A stretch of 64,000 bases of DNA from Desulfobacterales bacterium. Its GTDB lineage: Bacteria > Desulfobacterota > Desulfobacteria > Desulfobacterales > UBA2174. The position numbers and the translations under genes were made by a program. Under the pieces are notes generated by a model, which was not told the origin of the DNA, ran no database searches, and saw only the letters and a program-made list of their open reading frames with translations. Shown in pieces: positions 1 to 8,601 of the stretch. The stretch is from the NCBI GenBank assembly GCA_963668645.2, contig CAXXWC010000008.1, forward strand, positions 110,153-174,152. Reading direction: 5' to 3'. Numbering within the stretch: the stretch's first letter is position 1; each line of letters begins with the position of its first letter.

Positions 1-412
1 CAGTCAGCAACGAGAGACAAGCCGGATCGAGAAGGATTCGTTCAATCGTTGGTTTCAGCAAATCTGGAACATTACCGGCGCGTCTACCAGGCATCACCCG
101 GCACCGTTTCCTTTGAAACTTGCATCACGTCTTGTGCGTATGTTTTCATTCACCGAAGACACGGTTCTGGACCCGTTTTGCGGATCGGGGACCACGATGG
201 TGGCGGCCTTCCGCACAGGCCGCAACAGCATCGGGGTAGAAATCGATCCCGAATACTGCCGTATGGCGGCGCGCTACCTCAAGGCGGAGACGACAGACCT
301 TTTCACACCAGCCGAACTGAGGTTTGAGAAGGCACCTACCGAGGCCGTCGCCATGGTAAGAGAGGACTCGGCCCTGTACGAGATACGCCCGGCCAGAAAG
401 AAGCTGGAGTAG
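1..412 (+). CDS. Site-specific DNA methyltransferase (N6-adenine/N4-cytosine type), 5'-truncated by window edge
   Basis: Frame open from nt 2: ...IWNITGASTRHHPAPFPLKLASRLVRMFS...VLDPFCGSGTT...GRNSIGVEID. HPAPFP and DPFxGSGTT are typical beta-class MTase motifs. Confidence 0.9.
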   Translation, partial: SQQRETSRIEKDSFNRWFQQIWNITGASTRHHPAPFPLKLASRLVRMFSFTEDTVLDPFCGSGTTMVAAFRTGRNSIGVEIDPEYCRMAARYLKAETTDLFTPAELRFEKAPTEAVAMVREDSALYEIRPARKKLE

Positions 413-814
413 ATGGCAAATAATCAACATCGGGCAATCGCCAGAGAAATAGCGCAAAGACATCTCGATGCCGCAGATCCACTCGGTTGGTTCGAGGCAC
501 TTTATTCGTGTGCCGGCAACGACACCTCGATCATTCCTTGGGCTGATTTAAAGCCAAATCCGATCTTGCCTCTGGATATGCGCAGTGACGCAATAAAGGC
601 GATAGCTTCTTCTGTCGCTCCGAAAGGCACGTTGCTGGTTATCTCCAGAGGACGAGAGATAAACGAAGCCAAAGGAAAGATGCCGTGGCCTCTTACAAAA
701 GAAGAATTGGCACTCTTTCAGACCCACAATTTGGAGGAATTATCTTTTGAGGACTTCATGGACGAAGAAGACCCTCCCGTACGTAGATTCAGGGCAGTCT
801 ATCGTCGGGAGTAG
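413..814 (+). pseudogene. TPMT-like SAM-dependent methyltransferase apparently lacking its central SAM-binding region
   Basis: N-terminal GWFEALY...IPWADLKPNP joins directly to C-terminal AIASSVAPKGTLLVISRGRE...PWPLTKEEL; no GxG motif I; only 133 aa. Confidence 0.6.
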
Positions 815-903
815 GGGCGATGCCGGCAGGCAGTTTAGCAAACGAAAGCTAATTTTTACGGCCGCTGAACTGCTACGTTGAATCACTGAAACCAAAGGAA
901 TTC

Positions 904-1605
904 GTGATGAAAAAGACTTTTAAGCAAAAATTACTCATATTTTGGAAAGGTTGGGGGTATTCGATTTTTATCGCTTTGATTATCGCCACATCTTTCAAAT
1001 CCGCCATCGCCGATTGGTATGTTGTCCCCACAGGCTCGATGAAGCCAACGATTGTTGAAGGAGACCGGGTGTTTGTCGATAAATTGGCCTATGATTTGAA
1101 AGTGCCGTACACCCGCTGGCATATCACTGAATGGGATTCGCCTCAACGGGGTGAAATCGTGGTTTTCCCTTCCCCTGCAGACGGTACACGGCTTATAAAA
1201 AGAATAGTCGGCGTTCCGGGGGACAGGGTTGAAATGAGAAATGACCAGCTTATCATCAATGGTGATCGGGTGGAATATGAACCTATCAGCCAATTGAACG
1301 ATGAAAGCCTGACAGTCAAGAATTTGTCGCCCACATATGAATGTATTGAAAATCTGTTTGGCACACAACATCCGGTCATGTTCATTCCCCTGCGTCGCGC
1401 GATGCGATCCTTTGGGCCGGTGAAAGTTCCTGAGGGTAAATATTTCATGATGGGTGACAATCGTGATAACAGCGCTGATTCTCGATATTTCGGGTTTGTT
1501 GACCGAAGCCTTATTCTCGGGCAGGCCAAATATATTGTAATGTCACTCGACATCAACAGCTATTATCGGCCGCGCTGGGGACGGTTTTTTACCGCACTGC
1601 CATAA
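904..1605 (+). CDS. lepB: Signal peptidase I
   Basis: N-terminal TM, VPTGSMKPT (Ser), IKRIVGVPGD (Lys), GDNRDNSADSRYFG. Confidence 0.95.
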   Translation: MMKKTFKQKLLIFWKGWGYSIFIALIIATSFKSAIADWYVVPTGSMKPTIVEGDRVFVDKLAYDLKVPYTRWHITEWDSPQRGEIVVFPSPADGTRLIKRIVGVPGDRVEMRNDQLIINGDRVEYEPISQLNDESLTVKNLSPTYECIENLFGTQHPVMFIPLRRAMRSFGPVKVPEGKYFMMGDNRDNSADSRYFGFVDRSLILGQAKYIVMSLDINSYYRPRWGRFFTALP

Positions 1606-1667
1606 GCACGGCAATTATTCTCATCATTTTGAATATTTGATTTGAATCTTCACCAGGGAAGGCGTCC

Positions 1668-2363
1668 ATGCCCCATCCATGGCAATATGATGAATCCGTT
1701 CAAGTCGGCACGGACTATCGCGATGAGAAAGAAGTTCGTGCCTATGACCGGTATATGCAGAAATTGCGCGATGTGGATAAAGAGGCCAAAGAGATTGCGA
1801 AGGCTTTGGCGGTAGGGCCGGATTTTACTGTATGGGAGATCGGAACCGGCACCGGTGAATGCGCTCTTGCGATTGCTTCCCAGGTAGAATTTGTTTACGC
1901 CACCGATGTTTCGCCGGTCATGTTGGAATATGCTTGCCGCAAAGCAGAGCAACGCCAAATCTCTAACGTAAGATTTGAAAAAGGCGGGTTCCTTTCCGGT
2001 TTCCGCCCGGATCGCCCCGTGGATGGCATTGTCACTCAGTTGGCCTTGCACCACTTGCCTGATTTCTGGAAGGCGCGGGCGATGGATGGCCTGGCTAGAG
2101 GACTTCGTCCGGGAGGCAGGCTCTATCTGCGTGATGTCGTATTTCCCTCAGCCATAGATAATCATGATGCCTTTTTTAGAACGGCGATTGAGGAAGTGAA
2201 GGCAAAAGCCGGAGATGAAGTCGCAGAACAGACCATACAGCATATCAAGGAAGAGTTTTCTACTCTGGACTGGATACTCGAAGGCATGATGACCCGCAGC
2301 GGTCTGAGGATAATCGAAAAAGGCGGCCAAGGATTTCTATGGGTGTACGTCTGCGAAAAATGA
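1668..2363 (+). CDS. Class I SAM-dependent methyltransferase
   Basis: EIGTGTG motif I, DVSPVML, LALHHL, LRPGGRLYL. Confidence 0.9.
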   Translation: MPHPWQYDESVQVGTDYRDEKEVRAYDRYMQKLRDVDKEAKEIAKALAVGPDFTVWEIGTGTGECALAIASQVEFVYATDVSPVMLEYACRKAEQRQISNVRFEKGGFLSGFRPDRPVDGIVTQLALHHLPDFWKARAMDGLARGLRPGGRLYLRDVVFPSAIDNHDAFFRTAIEEVKAKAGDEVAEQTIQHIKEEFSTLDWILEGMMTRSGLRIIEKGGQGFLWVYVCEK

Positions 2364-2406
2364 TTGCCGGACAATTGGTTGAAGAAAAATTCGGCAAACA
2401 GGAGGG

Positions 2407-3261
2407 ATGACCATGTCAACGAGTTTCAGTAGGTTTTACCTCTCAATTACGCTTTGCGTTATCTTGTTGATAATGGGTTGCGCAGAGTTTTATGGGAGCA
2501 GGCAGAGCAGATATGCCAGCAGTGTGGTCGAGTATCTATACCCTGAAAAAGAGGTGGCGGAGGTGCCCGCTATTCCTCATCTTTCCCTGCCGCTTCATGT
2601 CGGGATCGCCTTCGTGCCGGAATCTGCCGGCAGGCAGGATACAAATCGGCTGGGCGGAAAAGAAAAGATGGACTTGATGGAACGAATCTCTGCCGAATTT
2701 CGGACGCTGCCATTCGTCAAGGCCATCGATTCGATCCCTGCCGATTATCTGATAAAGGGTGGCGGCTTTACAAACCTGGATCAAATAAAAACGATGTACG
2801 GAGTTGATGTAATCGTTCTTGTCTCCTATGATCAAGTGCAACATACTGATGAAGGGATGTTGTCCCTGCTGTATTGGACCATCGTGGGCGCCTATACGAT
2901 TAAGGGTGAAAAGAATGACACCAGCACGATGATCGATGCTGTGGTTTACGATATTTCCAGCAGAAAAATGCTTTTCCGCGCTCCTGGCACAAGTCATATT
3001 AAAGGGTCTTCCACCTTGGTGAATTTATCAGAACAGTTGCGATCCGACTCTCTGAATGGTTTTCATGTGGCCGCCGATGATCTGGCAAAAAACCTTAAAC
3101 TCGAGCTTGACCGTTTCAAGAACAAAATCAAAGAAATGCCGGAATCGTATGCCATCGAGCATAAAGCCGGCTACACCGGTGGTGGCAGCTTGGGGGCAGG
3201 GTATGCACTGACGCTGCTCATCCTTGGAGGGACGGCGCTATGGTTGAACAGGAAAAGATAA
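2407..3261 (+). CDS. rhlP: Rhombotarget lipoprotein with C-terminal GlyGly-CTERM sorting signal
   Basis: Lipobox LIMG-C; C-terminus GGGSLGAGYALTLLILGGTALWLNRKR (Gly run, TM helix, basic tail); adjacent rhomboid-like gene. Confidence 0.85.
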   Translation: MTMSTSFSRFYLSITLCVILLIMGCAEFYGSRQSRYASSVVEYLYPEKEVAEVPAIPHLSLPLHVGIAFVPESAGRQDTNRLGGKEKMDLMERISAEFRTLPFVKAIDSIPADYLIKGGGFTNLDQIKTMYGVDVIVLVSYDQVQHTDEGMLSLLYWTIVGAYTIKGEKNDTSTMIDAVVYDISSRKMLFRAPGTSHIKGSSTLVNLSEQLRSDSLNGFHVAADDLAKNLKLELDRFKNKIKEMPESYAIEHKAGYTGGGSLGAGYALTLLILGGTALWLNRKR

Positions 3262-3893
3262 AACCCACCATACGTTCGCTGTCTTTATTTGTCGTCAGCG
3301 TTTCGATAATCGCCTATGCCTGGCCCGGGATTTCATCTTTTTTGATGTATGATCGACAAGCGATCCTAGCAGGAGAATTGTGGCGGCTTTTCACCGCGCC
3401 CGTGGTTCATTTTTCAGCGAGTCATATGATCTGGGATGCCGTGGTTTTTGGGGCCGCCGGTTTAACCATCGAAGCGGCCGGTTTCCGTTATTTTTGGCTC
3501 GTATGCGGCTTTGCAGCCGTTATTCCCAGTATGATATTTTTCCTGGCGGTCCCGGAAATAGCGCGATTTGGCGGACTTTCCGGGTTGGCTACCGGAGCGG
3601 TAACATACCTTTCACTTAGCAGTTTATGCGGATCGAAGAAGAACAAATGGATATGGCTGGTCATCCTCGCTTTTATCGGCGTCAAGATTGTTATTGAAAC
3701 GATACTCGGGGTTCCGTTATTTGCCCGGCCCGAGACTATGCCTTTTCGGCCGGTTCCTCTGGCCCATGGATTGGGATGCCTGGGGGCATTGGTTGCGATA
3801 GCCTGGAGTTGGCCCGATTTCGTGCCCACAGGGCACCAGGAGGCTGGCCGTTGTGAAGTTGGTGTTCTGCCTCGCGATCCCCTGCGAACATGA
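3240..3893 (+). CDS. rrtA: Rhombosortase (rhomboid-family intramembrane serine protease)
   Basis: GELWRLFTAPVVHFS (WR motif), GGLSG catalytic Ser, AH catalytic His, multiple TMs; overlaps the GlyGly-CTERM target gene. Confidence 0.85.
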   Translation: MVEQEKIKPTIRSLSLFVVSVSIIAYAWPGISSFLMYDRQAILAGELWRLFTAPVVHFSASHMIWDAVVFGAAGLTIEAAGFRYFWLVCGFAAVIPSMIFFLAVPEIARFGGLSGLATGAVTYLSLSSLCGSKKNKWIWLVILAFIGVKIVIETILGVPLFARPETMPFRPVPLAHGLGCLGALVAIAWSWPDFVPTGHQEAGRCEVGVLPRDPLRT

Positions 3894-3937
3894 ATCCGGC
3901 CTGCCTCGTAAAATGAAACCCCCGGGGTATGGAAAAC

Positions 3938-4439
3938 ATGGAAAAATCGAATACGGTTCGAGACGCTGAAAAGGCCGATGCCGAGCGGCTGGCCGGGTTG
4001 ATACGATCCGCCTTTCGCGATGTGGCTGAACGCTTTGGGCTTACGGCGCAAAACTGCCCCAAACATCCATCCAACTGTATCGGAACATGGATAGAGGCCG
4101 ATTTCGCGCGGGGCGTGGAATTATTTTATCCTGTCGCAGGATGGTGCTCCTGTGGGGTGCGTCGGGGTGGAAAAGGCCGGGGACGATTTTTACTATCTTG
4201 AGCGCCTGGCAGTGCTGCCCCAAAAGCGGCGGCAGGGATTGGGCCGGCAACTGGCGCTACATGCCATCGAAGAGGCCAGGTCAAAGGGAGCCGGCCGGAT
4301 CGGCATCGGCATCATCGCCGCGCAGCACGAACTGAAACGATGGTACGAGCGACTGGGATTTGTCGCAACGGCCACCAAGCGCTTTTCCCATCTGCCTTTC
4401 GAGGTTTGCCTGATGGCATTGTCGCTGGGTTCGGTATAG
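3938..4439 (+). CDS. GNAT acetyltransferase, split by an apparent +1 frameshift near 4120
   Basis: ORF 3929-4201 continues into ORF 4152-4439 (LERLAVLPQKRRQGLGRQL, WYERLGF) after removing one base at gtggaattatttt. Confidence 0.8.
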
Positions 4440-4491
4440 TTCTCCGCCACCAGAGGCCCCCAGGCCCCAACATTTTTTTAACGAGTACAGT

Positions 4492-4595
4492 CTTAACCGC
4501 TTCGGGCCGGCAGGACGGCACCTGAATCGCTGTCGGGCGGTGAAAAACAGCGGCTGGTGATTGCCTGTGCCAAGGGCATCGTTCATCCTGATCCT
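4492..4595 (+). pseudogene. Decayed fragment of an ABC-transporter ATPase
   Basis: From 4521 reads PESLSGGEKQRLVIACAK (ABC signature); no start codon, Walker A or intact Walker B. Confidence 0.6.
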
Positions 4596-5096
4596 ACCTT
4601 GCCGCATGTTTTCGGCCCTGACCAACCTCTTTGTACACCTGAACTTCGAGGTAAGCGGCCTGTCATCCTGACAAACCGCCGTATCCGGTGCTGTGGCCGT
4701 TGGGGTTAAAGATGGCGCAGTGCCGCCCTTCGGCGAAGTGGTAGGGGTGTGCTGAACGCAGACTGTATAAATGAATTCTTTTTCTGAACCATAAACCGTG
4801 GACGATCGCAGGCGTTTTCAGAAAAAAAACCGTCACGCCGGTTGCGATGAGGGCAGCAACATGTGCATGGGATGGGGAATCCGTAGTTGAGCAAGTACAT
4901 GGCAGGATGGACATGCGGAGAATTGCCAGCGGTTTGACAGTGTCGTTGTTTTGTGCTAATGCTTTCATATATCCATATACTGAATAATTAATAAAATTCC
5001 TTCGAAAACTTGACCACAACATGTCGTGGCGGAATTTTCGAATTCAGCGGCGTCTCGCCGGACAACCTGATGCGTGTTCGCCCAGAGTCCGGCAGA

Positions 5097-5111
5097 TGGC
5101 ACGCCATTTGC
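5097..5111 (+). promoter_or_regulatory. sigma54 (-24/-12) promoter of the peptide/rSAM locus
   Basis: TGGCACGCCATTTGC = GG-N10-GC matching TGGCACG-N4-TTGC, ending 60 nt before ATG 5171. Confidence 0.75.
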
Positions 5112-5170
5112 GGCGCATGGCATGCAGACTGTTTCCGTATCCTCTTAAACGTGATGAAAGGAGGGGGAAA

Positions 5171-5446
5171 ATGGCCGAATTCGTCAAGATACAGGAACTG
5201 CAGGACTATCACCGGCTTGTCGAAAACGTCGAGCGCGGGGAGGCCCATGTGGTTCTGAAATACGGCGGTCCATGCAACGAGCATGGCGGCGGCGGTATTC
5301 ATGTTTTTTACGGTGCGCCGTGCGCCCTGTTGGATAGCGTCGATTTCGGAAACAAGGAGTATATCGGCCTTCGCTACGGTGCGCCGTGCAAACCGCCCTA
5401 TGTCATTGTCAAGTACGGTGGGCCATGTGCTAGCCTGAAAGATTAG
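5171..5446 (+). CDS. Putative RiPP precursor, 91 aa, four YG[GA]PC repeats
   Basis: Strong SD (aaggagg) before ATG 5171; repeats LKYGGPC, VFYGAPC, LRYGAPC, VKYGGPC; directly upstream of the rSAM-SPASM gene. Confidence 0.85.
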   Translation: MAEFVKIQELQDYHRLVENVERGEAHVVLKYGGPCNEHGGGGIHVFYGAPCALLDSVDFGNKEYIGLRYGAPCKPPYVIVKYGGPCASLKD

Positions 5447-5523
5447 CGTCCGATACAGTGGTCCGGCAACAGATCCATCGAAGGGGATACGGAAACAATA
5501 TCCCTGAAAGAAGAGGCGGAAAA

Positions 5524-7119
5524 GTGAGAAATGACCATATGCCGCATGAAGGTTCCTCCCCAAAGGGCCGGCAAAAACCGCCCGCGGTCGAATATCATCC
5601 GGTAACGGCAGTTTGGGAAATCACCTTCGCCTGCAACATGCGATGCAAACATTGCGGGTCCGGGTGTAACACCTTTCTGCCCGATGAGTTGACCACGGAA
5701 GAGGCGTTGTCACTTTGCGATGACATCGGCAAAATGGGACTTCGCTATCTGACCCTTTCGGGGGGTGAACCTTTCGTCAGAAAGGACTGGCATCGTATCG
5801 CCAAGCGGTTGCGTGAAAACAATGTCATTCCGGTGGTGATCAGTAACGGCTGGTACATCGACGAGGATATCATCGATAGCGCCTTGGCGGCGGGGGTTTC
5901 CAATATCGCCGTGAGTCTAGATGGAATGAAAAGCGGACACGATTGGGTCAGAAAGAAAGGCTCCTTTGAAAGGACGACCAAAGCCCTCGACCTGATGCGC
6001 CGCAAAGGGATGTCTTCATCGGTGGTCACCGCCATCAATAAGGAAAACATCGGCGAACTGCCCCGCCTGCGGGACCTGTTGGTCGAGCTGAAGGTGGAAT
6101 CCTGGCAGATGCAGATCGCCGTGGCCATGGGAAACCTTCTTGAAAACACGCAGCTGCTCATATCCCCGCGGCAGATCGACACGATCATCGATTTCGCTCA
6201 TGCCACCAACATGGAAAAAAAGATCAAGGTTTATCTTGCCGATTGCGTCGGTTACTACAACACCAAAGAGGTGGAAATCCGGCGCATGCATTCACCGGAT
6301 CCAGGTTACAGCGGTTTTTTCAACGGCTGTCCGGCCGGCAAGAACGCTTTCGGGATACGCTGCAACGGAGACATCACCGGTTGCACCTCGATCCGTGACG
6401 ATTCATATATCGAGGCGAATGTGCGTGATATCCCTCTGCCTGAACTGTGGCGTCAGGAGGGGGCCTTTGCCTGGAATCGGTCTTTGAGCAAAAACGATCT
6501 GGCCGGTTTCTGCCGCCAATGCCAGTATGGGGCCTGGTGTCTCGGCGGGTGTACCAACCTCAAGATCACGATGAGCAAATCCCTGTATGAAAACAGATAC
6601 TGTTCATTCTACATGGCCGTCCGGGAGGTGGCCGATGAGGTGAGCGCCATCGGCGATCGTTTCGTGCTTGTGGACAAGGGGGCGGGCTATTGCCGCAGCG
6701 GCGAATACCAGTTTGCCGAAGCGTGTTTTGCCAGGGCCCTGGAGCTTTGGCCCGAGGATATCGAGGCCTTGAACTATCTTGGTTTTCTCCATTTCCAGAT
6801 GGAAAATTACGATACCGCCCTCGATTTTAACCGGCGGTCATTGGCCGTCGCGCCAGCAGGAGCCTACGCGTTGAAAGGGATGGGGAATTGCCTCGTAAAG
6901 CTGGGCTACCTCGAAAAGGGGATTTCTTTTCTGAAACAGTCTATCGAAGCGGCACCGGACGACTTCACCGACCCGTATTTTGATTTGGCCGTGGTCTGCT
7001 ACGACAACGGCCGCCACGGCGAAGGTCTGCGAATCATCGAGGCCGGACGAAAACGCTCTGAAGCCTTCGTCGCCCAGTCCGAAGCGCTTTACGACCTGTT
7101 ACGGTCGACCCGCCCGTAA
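5524..7119 (+). CDS. Radical SAM/SPASM peptide maturase (splicease-like) with C-terminal TPR repeats
   Basis: AVWEITFACNMRCKHCGS (CX3CX2C), GGEP, SPASM GCPAG...NGDITGC...CRQCQYGAWCLGGC...C, then TPR-like helices. Start is GTG 5524 or ATG 5539. Confidence 0.92.
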   Translation: MRNDHMPHEGSSPKGRQKPPAVEYHPVTAVWEITFACNMRCKHCGSGCNTFLPDELTTEEALSLCDDIGKMGLRYLTLSGGEPFVRKDWHRIAKRLRENNVIPVVISNGWYIDEDIIDSALAAGVSNIAVSLDGMKSGHDWVRKKGSFERTTKALDLMRRKGMSSSVVTAINKENIGELPRLRDLLVELKVESWQMQIAVAMGNLLENTQLLISPRQIDTIIDFAHATNMEKKIKVYLADCVGYYNTKEVEIRRMHSPDPGYSGFFNGCPAGKNAFGIRCNGDITGCTSIRDDSYIEANVRDIPLPELWRQEGAFAWNRSLSKNDLAGFCRQCQYGAWCLGGCTNLKITMSKSLYENRYCSFYMAVREVADEVSAIGDRFVLVDKGAGYCRSGEYQFAEACFARALELWPEDIEALNYLGFLHFQMENYDTALDFNRRSLAVAPAGAYALKGMGNCLVKLGYLEKGISFLKQSIEAAPDDFTDPYFDLAVVCYDNGRHGEGLRIIEAGRKRSEAFVAQSEALYDLLRSTRP

Positions 7120-7218
7120 AACTGCGCGACACCACGGCAAGTGTTCCCTTCAAGGCGTGAAGATGCCTGCAAACGGTTAGTTCTTAGGCGTTGCCTGACC
7201 GCGGATTACTTGTCTTTT

Positions 7219-8601
7219 TCAAGCCACCATCAAAGCGGTCATCTCGCCGATGTTTTCCATGGAATCGAGATCCTCCACAATCATCCGAAAAAGGCGTGCA
7301 GCCCGGGTGCCGCCGATCACGGGGCCTGCCAGCGCATCGAATTTCGCGGCCTCCTCTTCAACGCTCATGGGATTTCGCGGATCCCCTTTGGGGATTCGTA
7401 CCGTCCTGTGGTGGGTTTTGCCCGATTTTTCCTTCACCGTTACCTTGGACATCAATTCCCGGTTGACCTGGGGATAGAGCCTGTTGGCTTCATCCCATTC
7501 GGCGAAAGCGACTTTTTGGGCCGTGCCGAGTAGGGACGGGTCGCAGATGCGCTCTGGTTCGAGCCACTGCGGTCCCGGTTGGATGCCGTGAACGGCCAGC
7601 GCCACCAGGAAAGGCGCGCTGAAAACCACGTCGAAAGGCAGGGTGGGAAGCGCGGTATAGTCTTGGACCACCTCGTAGAATGTTTCCACGAGGATCGATT
7701 CGATATTCTGCGGCTGAGGACGGTGCTCGGCGACGATAGCGCAAATCGCATCAAGCGTCGGGTGGATGTGGCGGCAGGCCGGATACGGTTTGGTGTGGAC
7801 CTTGAGGGTGAAGTGCGCGTTGAGCGGTGCGCGCATGGCGTCGTAGTCGCAACGATCCGACGAGGCCATGATCCAGAAACCGTCTTCGCCGTCGAAGATG
7901 GTGGTGTCGGCCAGAAAACCTTCACGGGCGAGAATGGCCGACAGCACGCCACCGTAGGACGTATAACCGAAATTGTTTTTCAGCCACTGGATCTGGCCGT
8001 CGATAAAGCCCCATTTTCGCAGGGACGGAACCGAGGCATGCAGGGCGGCATGCCCATAGCAGTGGGCGGTTTGCTCCCGGTCCAGTTTCGTCAACTTGGC
8101 CGCCACGGCGGCGGCGCAGAAGATCTGCCAGGTATTGATGCCGCGGACCCGTTTGGTCCGCTCCGGGGTCGGCTTGATGCCATTGGACACCCGGATACCG
8201 ATTTCATAGCCGGCAACAACCGCCTCGATCAGTTTGCGTCCATCGATGTTCCCCGCTTCTCCCATGCTGAGTGCAACCGGCACCACCGTTGACCCGGGGT
8301 GGCCGTCATAGGTGTCGTCAAGGTCCAGCGTCGTTGCCAGATAGGAATTGACGTACACGGCATTAAGAAGCGGCATCCGGTTTCGTGTACCGCAGATGCC
8401 GACTTCGTCGACACCTCCCATGGCACTGAAAATGTTTACCATTTTACTGCCCTGGATCGGCCGGGTACCGCCGATCATGCAAGCGACGGAATCGGCAATC
8501 AGTAGCCGTGCTTTTTGTATCACCTCTGCGGGAAGGGTATCGTAGACGATCTGACCTGTGAGGTCGGCCATGGCGTAAGCGGTGCGGGAGTCCTTGTCCA
8601 T
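7219..8601 (-). CDS. MmgE/PrpD family protein
   Basis: LDLDDTYDGHPG, VAGYEIG, KPYPACRHIH, PKGDPRNPMS motifs. Confidence 0.92.
   Translation of the reverse strand: MDKDSRTAYAMADLTGQIVYDTLPAEVIQKARLLIADSVACMIGGTRPIQGSKMVNIFSAMGGVDEVGICGTRNRMPLLNAVYVNSYLATTLDLDDTYDGHPGSTVVPVALSMGEAGNIDGRKLIEAVVAGYEIGIRVSNGIKPTPERTKRVRGINTWQIFCAAAVAAKLTKLDREQTAHCYGHAALHASVPSLRKWGFIDGQIQWLKNNFGYTSYGGVLSAILAREGFLADTTIFDGEDGFWIMASSDRCDYDAMRAPLNAHFTLKVHTKPYPACRHIHPTLDAICAIVAEHRPQPQNIESILVETFYEVVQDYTALPTLPFDVVFSAPFLVALAVHGIQPGPQWLEPERICDPSLLGTAQKVAFAEWDEANRLYPQVNRELMSKVTVKEKSGKTHHRTVRIPKGDPRNPMSVEEEAAKFDALAGPVIGGTRAARLFRMIVEDLDSMENIGEMTALMVA

Noticed and set aside
5021..5170. 50-aa N-terminal extension of the precursor ORF in the ORF track
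   Set aside because: It spans the sigma54 promoter, and the strong SD sits directly before ATG 5171.
5261..5428. Short repeats with variable spacers as a mini-CRISPR array
   Set aside because: Repeats are only 15 nt, in frame and vary at codon level; no cas genes in the window.
5458..5523. Extra YG (RRGYGNN) in the N-terminal extension of the rSAM ORF
   Set aside because: It lies upstream of the likely start, lacks the PC and hydrophobic context, and is probably untranslated.
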